DNA from: Raillietiella orientalis
Lineage: Eukaryota
Assembly: GCA_036172245.1 (NCBI GenBank)
Contig: JAYWIR010000062.1
Location: forward strand, 612,627 to 632,626
Length of the DNA: 20,000 bases
Direction of reading: 5' to 3'
Positions 1 through 8,299 of the stretch are shown one piece after another. Numbering within the stretch: position 1 is the first letter of the stretch; every line of letters starts with the position of its first letter. The position numbers and the translations under genes were made by a program. The notes below the pieces were generated by a model. It was not told the DNA's origin. It saw only the letters and a list, made by a program, of their open reading frames with translations, and did no database searches.

Positions 1-1860
1 TACGGCAGGTGCCGAAGGATTGAAAGAAACAGCAGAGGGAACTTCACGATTACGTCAGGTGAATCTGAGAAGGAACAGGCATCGAAAATTCTGGAACTCG
101 AGGAAGAATTGGCAATCGCTACAAGGAAAGGGGTCGCATCGATCCGGAGGATGCTCGTAGGAACCCGCGTGGAAAGCACTTTCGATTTCACTCGTGCGCA
201 AAAGTCACGGATGGCGCCGCTTCCATCTTGCAGTGCACAGTCGGATCACGAAGAGCGATCGCCGGGCTGCTTGCTGCTTGTTCCAAGAGCGGTCAGTTGT
301 GACCGCGAGGAGCGGAACCCAGAAGCATTCCTCATTTCCGAGGGCGCCGATCGAAGGATGGCACCGCTCCCGTGGACGGACGGATTCCTTCCGGGTTCCC
401 GCAGGGGGGTTGTCTTTTTTCGCCCCCGGAGACAAGGTCATCCCTGAACCAATTCATAAACTCAATAAACTCTCACCGTGACAAGAAGAAGGACGAACCG
501 CCTCATGCTGGCCGGAATCGCATCTGAACCGCTTTGGAAAGATGGCACCAATCAGATCGAGTGCTAGCGGAAGAAAGAGGAACCGGCACCGGGATTTTTG
601 ATGCTGAATCTGGAGCGAGCACAGGAAAGCAGCCCGAGATGCCAATTCAGCAGTTGCGAATTGCAGCAGCTGGCTTTCCCACGCGGGGACTCCGCAGGTC
701 CCCGAATTCTTGCAAGCGCTGCCGTTTGCGCCTGACTCAAGCGAAACGCAGAACCTCGGTTCTTCAAGGTCAGCTTGACTTCGGAGAGTAGGGGAAGAAG
801 GAGGGGGTTGGCCTCCCCCGTTCAGCTGCCATGCGTCCATCTTGGCCTGTGCTCCCTGTTTCGGCAAAAAAGCTCCGTTTCTTCGCCTCGAACCGGGCGC
901 CTTCCCTCCATTCGCCCTGCAGGACTCAGGGAATCCCCTCCCTCCTCTCCGACGCTCCTTCCCCGGGACCACGAGAGGCGAGAAGAGGGAGCACACTGGG
1001 GGACCATTGCGATCTAGGATCGCAGCAGCAGCCTGTCCAAGAACCAGCAAGCACCGCTGGGTGCTCGCGACCGGAGATGATACGCCGATTCCTCTGCGCG
1101 CAGGAGCGGGGAGCCGCCCGACGCTTTCGTGGCGCAGGTGGGTTCTGCAAAGCAAACTGCCTCCAGCTCTGCTGATCTGCAGTCGCGAGCGAGCGATGCA
1201 GCAGACCGAAGATGCAGACTCATCCTTCTCGCATCACCACCTTCTGGAAGGGCGCCATCTCCGAGCGAAAATTCGTTTCCTCCGTAGCGGAAGTGTTTGT
1301 TCGGAAAGGGGGAATCTCGTGCCGCCGGCGCTGTGCTTCCCATCTTCCGGTTGTGCAGCTGGCTGTCATTCCCAGCATCCGCACTCCACTGGATCATGAA
1401 ATCATCAAAGGTCGGGACGCGCTTCCCGCGACACGATGGTGAGGGAGGTGAAAAAAGATGTCACGTCGATCTCTTGGGGAAGAGAGAGCGCCGCCGCACG
1501 GAGGAAGCGTCAAATCTTCTCCAGAAGTCTCCAGCTCGGTGGACTACCGAAGTGAAAGTGGTCCGACACATGCACTCTCATTTTGCCATTCTCTTTCGCC
1601 AGTTGCAAAGCGTCTCCCCCAAGGAGCCATTCCCCAGTGCACCCTCATAGTTGTGCGCTCGCTTGATTCCTCTGAAGCAACCTATTTTGCCGTTTCATCC
1701 ATGGTCCACTGAGAGGATGAGCTCCTGCCGATTGACCGATTGACTAGTCTTTCCTTGTGGGTCTGCCTTCACGCCAGACTTCCACCTTCGCCCTTCTGGA
1801 AGGAAGCACCCCCCACCTCCCCACCCCGCATGATCCATGACCGTGAACACGCCTTGGAAA
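1..1860 (-). mobile_element. Strongly decayed copy 1 of the same composite element
   Basis: Same order of relics as copies 3 and 4: extra-ORF-like minus reading (GTCGVPAWESQLLQF; LLAVTTDRSWNKQQAARRSLFVIRL) at ~100-750, then a plus-strand zf-RVT relic (FALQDSG..AHWG..KLPPAL) at ~830-1200. The ORF2 part is barely recognisable. Confidence 0.45.
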
Positions 1861-1884
1861 CGCAACTGCTGGATTGCACGCGGT

Positions 1885-2450
1885 CGTGCCGATAGATGGC
1901 TGCCAATTCCCCACGCGCGTGGTGCCAGGCGTCGCCGGTTTGAATCCCGCCCGGGGAAGGAGAAAAGATGCCACGAACGCGGGGGTGCGTCTTAGGTTTC
2001 GAGTTCTCCCCTCAGGATGGAACCGGATGCTTCCGCTGACAGGCCGTGATTGAAAGTCGACCCTCCGGGGTCCCTCCAGGAATGAAGGTTCCCTTGGGCG
2101 TTTCCCACCGGTTGTGAAAAGGGAACTGGTTGATACCTCCCCCTCGGAAGGTTGCCTCTCCAGGGTGTCAGGAAGAGCTCTGCTTTCTGCGGGGACAGCC
2201 CTCCAGAGAAATTCGGAAGCGTCTCTTCGGGGTTCTCTTCAGAGGAGGAGGAAACAGGAAGTGGATCCTTATCGGGTTCCCTCCATAGAAGAAGCGAAGA
2301 GTGCTCCTTTCCCTCCGTGGGGTCCCTCTGGAGAAAGTAAGGAAGAAAAGGTTCTCTCCGGGATTCCCTGCCAAGCGTAAGAGGGACGGACTCCTCACCC
2401 CAGGACTTTCCTGGATTTGCAGGGTAGTCCCCTCCCGGGGTCACCCCTAA
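1885..2450 (+). mobile_element. tRNA-headed SINE-like repeat, 3'-truncated copy
   Basis: CGCGCGTGGTGCCAGGCGTCGCCGGTTTGAATCCC (B-box 1937-1948), GGTTTCGAGTTCTC, CGGATGCTTCCG, GGGGTCCCTCC, CCGGTTGTGAA and GAAACAGG are colinear with the 7775-8295 copy. Confidence 0.7.
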
Positions 2451-3960
2451 CTTGAAGAGTTAGTGCGCACCCTCGGGTGGTGCGGACATTGATGAAGAAG
2501 AGCTCTGAGAGCTTCCCCTCCTCCTTTAAAGAGGCGAACGGTTCTTCAGCACTCCTTGAGAACCAAAAAAATCTGGAGGGAAAGCAGAGAGAACAGAAGG
2601 GTCCCAAAGAACTTCCATCATCCTGTTGGGTTCTTCGAGAAGTGACAGACGCGGCGACCCTGAATATCTCACCCACGGACTTGTACGCTGGGGAGCGCTG
2701 CTCAGCATCCTTCCGGAGGAGGTGAAGTGGCCCAAAGCATGCTGGAACAGTGGCGTCCTCCCCCTCAAGTGGCAGGAGTCTGAGTTGCCGGTGTTGCATG
2801 GGGGAATCCTATGCAAAGCGCGCCTTCACCACTGGACCCGGAGGAGCATGGATGCTCAGTGCAGCAGGTGCAGGAAGAAGGAGACGCACCTGCTTTTGGA
2901 CTATGCTGCCCTCCGATCCCTTTGGGATCGCATCTCGACGATAATAGGTGTCCCGGTAGGCAGCCCTAGGGGAATTCTCAGACGCCCCTCCACGTGCGGT
3001 GCCACTCTGCCGCCAGCCGCGTCCCTGCGACGAGGGATGCGTCGAGAGACGAGATCTCATCTGCAGCAGCGAGCGGAGGAGAATGCTACCTGCAGAGAAC
3101 GCGACCTCGTGGTCCCCGTGATCCAGCAGCAGCGACCACTGCCATGCACTCACACGCCTAGGGCGAAAAGGGAAGATCTCACTCGCCGACCCACGCGCTG
3201 TGAGTTCGACCAACTCCTCCGCTGCCGCCAACTCGTGGCTGACCTTGGAGGACTCAGGAGAGTCATCGCCTCGTTCCGCAGTAGCGGCCGCTCAGGAGGG
3301 ATTTAGGCTTGGAGCCACTTCACCTTCTCCAGAGAGATGTCGAGAGAGATGCACAGTATAGAAGTCCTTGGGGTGGGATACTTGGGGTCGCTGCCGAGTT
3401 GTCCACGGCTCCAATGGTTTCTTCTTTGCTGCTATGCAGCAAGTCACTTCCCACCTTGCCGTGATTGCTCTGTCCCATGCGTCCCTTAGGGAGGGCAGAA
3501 CTGAGATAAGGGAGGTAAGGAGTCCAACGTATCTTCTGCGGACGATCTCCTCCAGCGGCTTACAAGTATTGATGCCTCGCTGCAAGCAGGCAGCCTCGAG
3601 GCACTCCATCTCGTTCGTGTCGTAGATCTTTCCCTAGGCGAAGACCGATTCCTGGAGCGAGGCAGTGCAGTTCGAGGGGAGGCAGGAGATCCAGTTCTGC
3701 TCCACCAGGGCAACCTCATTTGACGGAGTTGGTATATCCGCAACGCCGCCTCAGCAATCTCTAGCGAGCGACGAGGAGGGACGCGAGTCCCTAGCAGCCG
3801 GTTGCTTTGCGAGAAGCCGTGCTGGTATGCACCAGGGTGTGGTCCATAGTTACGCCGCGAGGGCGAATCTTTTAAATTGGAGAGGACGCTCCATCCTCTC
3901 CAGCATAAGGAGGTCCAGTCCGCCATCCTCACGCGGAGGTGTGCGGTGGAATCCTTTGGG
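2450..3960 (-). mobile_element. L1/Tx1-clade ORF2 C-terminal fragment, copy 2
   Basis: One minus frame with scattered stops: PPREDGGLDLLMLERMERPLQFKRF...PW (3830-3940; GGLGL motif), LISVLPSLRDAW, KDFYTVHL (~3345-3370), PRRVSAWQWSLLL (~3125-3165). It abuts an antisense zf-RVT ORF. Confidence 0.72.
2626..3030 (+). pseudogene. zf-RVT-type (L1/Tx1 ORF2 C-terminal CCHC) coding segment, antisense to copy 2
   Basis: GLVRW..W..LPLKWQES..LHGGILCKARLHHWTR..CSRCRKKETHLLLDYAALRSLW fits the W..LH..CxxC..ET..H/L..C..LW pattern. Confidence 0.8.
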
Positions 3961-3961
3961 G

Positions 3962-4740
3962 TTCTTTTCTGTCTTCGTTGTTTTCCTTTCGTCTTTTTTT
4001 TGGCTCCCTGAGTACCTCAAGAGCCGCAGCGCCCCTGGCGGCGGCGCACGCAGCTCTGTGACATCGTCTCACACCTGGGGAGGGATCCCCGAAGGGGAAC
4101 ACCTCCGTCCTGGTTGTCTCCGAAGGGAACCCCGAAGGGAATCTCCTTCCTTATTCTCTCCGAAGGGACACCCGGAGGGAAGGGGTGCTCAATTTTTCTT
4201 CTCCGAAGGGAACCCGAAAAGGATTCGCTGCTAGGAAGAAATTCTTAGCAGCGGATCCTTTCATCTCCGGAGGAAACCTGCGAGGGAACCACTCCTGTTT
4301 CCGCCTCCGAAGAGAACTCCAGAGGGACACTTTCGAAATTTCTGAGAAGGGCGCTCCCCGAAGGGAGCGGCTCGCTTTGTACTCTGGAGAGGTGTCACCA
4401 ATCCACTAGCACCATGATACGAGACGGAGGGTTCCCCTCGAAGGAAGGGGTCCGCTCCTTTGCACAACCGGAGAGGAACTGCCACTCCTTGATTCTGCTT
4501 CCTGGAAGGACCCCGGAGGGTCGACTCCCAATCCCGGCCACTCATCGGGGGCATCCGGTTTGAACGGCTACTGGTGCCGCACCCGAAGCTAACCGAGGCC
4601 AACCAGTGTCATCTCGCGGGAGAAACTCGAACCCGCGAAGCACCCATTCCTCTGTCGTCGATGCTTTCCTGGGAGGGATTCCAACCCACGACGCTTGGTG
4701 GTGCCACGAGCGGAGACCTCAGCAGCCGAGTGGCCTCCGA
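3962..4740 (-). mobile_element. tRNA-headed SINE-like repeat, most complete copy (head, hairpin-array body, A-rich tail)
   Basis: The minus strand has B-box-like GGGTTGGAATCCC (4687-4675) and GGGTTCGAGTTT (4634-4623). The body aligns to 1885-2450 and 7775-8295 and contains repeated CCCTTCGG(A/G)G units. An A-rich tail lies at 4001-3962. Confidence 0.65.
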
Positions 4741-4915
4741 CGTGGGTTTAAGTAGCAGGGCAGTTGCCCGCCTCCTAAAATATAAATGCGTATTTTCATT
4801 CCAAGCTATATGGATTGGAGAAGAAGGTTCCCACGCTTCTTTGTTTTCTTTTTCTTTTTTTTATCGATCAGGTGCCATTATTCAACAGTTTCACGGAGCT
4901 TTGATTTTAAAATTT

Positions 4916-5922
4916 TCACAGAATAGGTCCCTGTCTTACTCTCTGGTTCTTCTGGACGCGATCAGCAGCAGGGTGACGTCGACGACAGCCGGCCCTGGGC
5001 ACGGACAGGCTGCCTGCTGCCGAGGAACCCGAATCTTTCAAGGAGAGCATCTTCGCGTTTTCCTTGTTCTGACTACTTAAGAGGAAAATGAATCCCTCGT
5101 ACGACAGAATAACCTTGAACACCACCATCACGATTGGTTCCTTGCTATGTCGAGGATCCACACGCCACTCAATTGCTGAACTTCCTTCGGCCTCGATTGG
5201 TTCCTCGATTGGTTGCTGGACCTCGAAGACGACTTGCTGGCGGCTGAACGTTCTGTGCTTATTGTGGTATACATAGACGCGCCCACGCGGTTGGCGACGC
5301 TCTCCCTGGCCTGCTGCGAGGTAACGGTTCCATCTTGAATTCGAGGAAGATGGCATTCCTGCTGCCATACGGATGTCTCTGTTCTCGATGAGGGCAGAAA
5401 CGATGGGATCCAGAAAGAAGGCCGGAGTGAAAGTGTTTTCGTGTTCCGACGCTGCTGCGGTTATGACGAACGTCCTTCCCCAGAATTCCACTGCGGAGAC
5501 TTCAGTCTCTCCGAGTATCGAGAAGATCTGCGTCTCGACGAAGCCTCCTTCTGAGTGGTCGACGGGGGGCAGAATGCGAACGAGTCGACGTCGCTGATGA
5601 CTGTTCTGGAGCGGTAGCTCTTCAGGGATATCATGAAGATGATGCTTCCCTTCTCAGCCATCTGGAGGTCCATGGTTCTTTCCTCTGATTCCATGCTCTG
5701 TGTGAGTTCGTACGTTCCTGCCTGCCGATCCAGTGGGAACGTCATGATCTCCTCTTCCGACCCACGTTCCGGAAGTCCAACAACCGCGAGCAGCTGCAAC
5801 CTCAGGGTGAAGATCACCGCGCCAATTTCCTCGGGGAAGTTGGGAGAGATGGGAGGTTCCGTCATGGGAGGGGATAGATCCCGTCTTCCCGGGTTCACCT
5901 GAGTGATTACATGTAGTGCCAT
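4916..5922 (-). pseudogene. Intronless ~335-codon ORF with one frameshift (~5570-5650); possible EPTP/EAR-repeat beta-propeller protein carried by the LINE
   Basis: ORFs 5461-5988 and 4916-5491 join through one frameshift: MALHVITQVNPG...LQLLAVVGLP...TYELTQSM...GSIIFMIS.../RILPP...GFVETQIFSILGETEVSAVEFWGRTFVITAA...RVYVYHNKHRTFSRQQVV...PIVMVVFKV. The repeated (F/Y)xxxQ..G..F-hydrophobic and VYxY..F..Q pattern resembles EAR repeats. Domain call is by eye. Confidence 0.55.
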
Positions 5923-6059
5923 CCGGATGAGTCCGCCAGGTGAAGGTAGATGCAGCTGCACTCCATCCTGTGGTAGTCCAGCAGGCAAGCCACCGCCACC
6001 ACCTCCACCGGTGCATCGAGAGAGAACGGTAGTGCCTGGCTGCAGGAAGCCGCGCGCAC

Positions 6060-6730
6060 GTGGGCGAAGATCAACGAGCGGAGCCCGGAGTTGCGGTAGC
6101 GACCTCTGTACTCCTTCTGAAACAGCTGCTCGCTATGGGAGACCATCGTGCATTCCACCAAGTGTGCGTGGACAGGACGAACTTCCCTTCCGTGGCGCTG
6201 TCTTCCCTGAAAGAGCATCTCGTCCTCAGCAACCTATCCGCGAAATGGGAAGTCTCCTGAGATATTTCATCCAGAAGCAGCACGCTTACTGGTTGGACCA
6301 CGGACCCGCTAACCGACGCTGAGATCCCAAGTCTCCAGCCGGAAGGACTTGTGCGTTGGTGCGAGCTGCCGAGCATTCCCCGTTTGGATCTCGAATGGCC
6401 CCCGGCGCTCCTGAACAACAGCACCCTCCATCTCAAGTGGCAGGAGTCGGCTCTTCTGTTGTTGCACCGGGCCTCCCACGCAACTTGCACCGATACCACC
6501 GGACCCGGGTGTGTGTGGATCCGAATTGCAGCAGATGAAGGAAACGGGAAACCCGCCTGCACATGCTTGTGGACTGTGTTGCCCTGCGACCGCTTCTCAG
6601 CGACGTCCCTTCGGACCCCATGCGGCAACCCCAGGGACGCACAGAGACCTCTCTTCGTGTGCGACACATTGCCGCCGGCCGCATCCCGAGCAGCTCTGTG
6701 CCGCCTACGCGGGATTGTGACGGCGGGGAG
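6060..6730 (+). pseudogene. zf-RVT-type coding segment, antisense to copy 3
   Basis: GLVRW..LHLKWQESALLLLH/GLPRNLHRYHRTR..NCSR*RKRETRLHMLVDCVALRPL..AASRAALCRLR, with frameshifts and stops. Alignable by eye to 2690-3030 at the nucleotide level. Confidence 0.8.
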
Positions 6731-7650
6731 CGACACCAGTGGAGGAGGAAGCTGCAGAGACGCCATCCATTTAGCCCTGTATTTCTCACGGAGGGCAGCG
6801 AGATGGCCCCACCTGGGTAATACAAGAGAGGAACTTGCCAGCATCCTGGAGAGGATGCAGACGACGGCCTCCAGCAAGCAATGATCTCTTCTCGTGCCTC
6901 CCTCCCCGTTCCAGAGTTTATTCATATTTGCATATATATGCTGTCGAGGCCATCCTCCCCGGTCCGCGCACTGGACGCCCGGCAAGCCGTGGAAAGGACA
7001 GAACTTGACGTAGCCAATGGCTCTACCATGTGGTAATATTTATCGAATTCAATGAACACCCACGGCGATTCCGGGTGAAAATCGATCACAAACCCCTCCC
7101 TGTCCTCCCTCGAAGTGCCCTAAGGAGGACAGTTCACTTTCCAGCAGTCACTTTGGTGGGAAGAAGCATGGGATGCTCAAACACCATGTAGACAGGTGAG
7201 GAAGATCCCTGAAACGAATAGAAAGAGGATTTTATTATCATGTTTTTTTTGGGTGGAGGTGGGAATGCCTATAAGAGGTTTTTCCTGTTCTGTGGAGACG
7301 AGTTTCAGATGTCTCTCTGGATACACCCTCTTCAGTGGTGTTTGAAAAAAGCTCCTTCCACGAAAGACGTCTGTTCGCTTGTTGGTTCGTCCCGAGGCAC
7401 AGGAGTCAAAGGATGACGTGTAATGACGGCAGCATTGTCAGTGATGCTTATCTGACGTTCGATCTTGTCATCTCTGTGAACTGGTTTACGTCCTGGTGAC
7501 GCCGTGGTGCTTCATCTTTGTCTTTTGCTGGTGTAAAATGAGAAGTCGGAATTTCGGCCTTGGTCTCTGAGTTTGGACACGAACTCGTCTCGTACAGACT
7601 AGGATGGCCCCATTCTTTTGAGGGACGCTGCTGCAGGAAGGTGGACGCAG

Positions 7651-7680
7651 GAAAAAAGAAAGAAAGAAAGAAAGAAGGAA
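7651..7680 (+). repeat. (GAAA)n microsatellite
   Basis: GAAAAAAGAAAGAAAGAAAGAAAGAAGGAA. Confidence 0.85.
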
Positions 7681-7774
7681 ACCGAAGTGCCAACACGTCA
7701 GCCGCATCCACGCGTGGTGTGGAAGTCCGTAGATTCGGACACTCGTTAAGAAGCTGATGGAACCGACTCAGCCC

Positions 7775-8295
7775 TCATCGGCGGCTGCGTGTCCGCGCGT
7801 GGCACTAGGCGTCACGGGTTCGAACCCCCCCCAGGGAAGAGTCGGCGCCGAGAAATCGGAGGAACGTCGTGGGTTTCGAGTTCTCTCGGCAGGATGACTC
7901 TAGATGGTCTATAGGCTCTGGATGCGGAATCGGATGCTTCCGTTGAATGACCGGGGATGGAATTGGACTCTTTGGGGTCCCTCCGGTACATCAAGGAGCC
8001 CTTCAGGGTTCCCCTCCGGTTGTGAAGATGAAGCCATCTCCTTCTCAAGGGGGTGGGGTGGAGGGGAGGAGGACCCTCTGTCTCGTACCCTGGAGCTGGT
8101 GGATGGATGCCTCTCCAGAGTCTCAGAAGTGCGTTGCTCCCTTTGGAGAGCGCCCCTCAGAGAAATATGAAGGGGGTCCCTTCGGAGTTATCTCCAGAGG
8201 AGAAACAGGGAGCGAATCCTCTCCGGACTCCCCCCCATGGAGAAATGAGGAGCAATTCCCTCCGGGGACCCCTCCGGAGAGGATGAGGAAGAAGA
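7775..8295 (+). mobile_element. tRNA-headed SINE-like repeat, 3'-truncated at the NUMT junction
   Basis: CGCGCGTGGCACTAGGCGTCACGGGTTCGAACCC contains a canonical Pol III B-box at 7817-7827, and a second B-box-like motif lies at 7871-7885. The body is colinear with the other two copies. Confidence 0.72.
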
Positions 8296-8299
8296 AGGA

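Larger units (their letters stand above)
4837..7650 (-). mobile_element. 5'-truncated L1/Tx1-clade element, copy 3, with extra 3' ORF and A-rich tail
   Basis: Minus strand: RPSKEWGHPSL (~P.KEGGLGLP, ~7595-7628) and ILPHG...VQCADRGGWPRQHIYANMNKLW (zf-RVT relic, ~6915-7045). Then come the antisense zf-RVT ORF, the extra ORF 5922-4916, a ~55 nt UTR and an A-rich tail AAAAAAAAGAAAAAGAAAACAAAGAA (4862-4837). Confidence 0.7.

Noticed and set aside
790..820. Plus-strand KKEGVGLP as the L1 GGLGL motif
   Set aside because: It is too close to the zf-RVT relic for normal ORF2 spacing and may be coincidental.
4085..4370. CRISPR-like repeat-spacer array
   Set aside because: The units are degenerate with irregular short purine spacers, the context is eukaryotic, and there are no cas genes.
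6071..6985. Longest listed ORF (304 aa, minus) as a standalone gene
   Set aside because: Its N-terminal part is the LINE ORF2 tail, and the rest is the antisense shadow of the plus-strand zf-RVT segment in GC-rich DNA.
4826..7713. CCACGC as a target-site duplication of LINE copy 3 (4831-4836 and 7708-7713)
   Set aside because: Only 6 bp long and the 5' boundary is uncertain, so a chance match is likely.
7775..7836. Functional tRNA gene
   Set aside because: A B-box/T-arm is present, but I could not build a convincing acceptor stem or D-arm. It was treated as a tRNA-derived repeat head.
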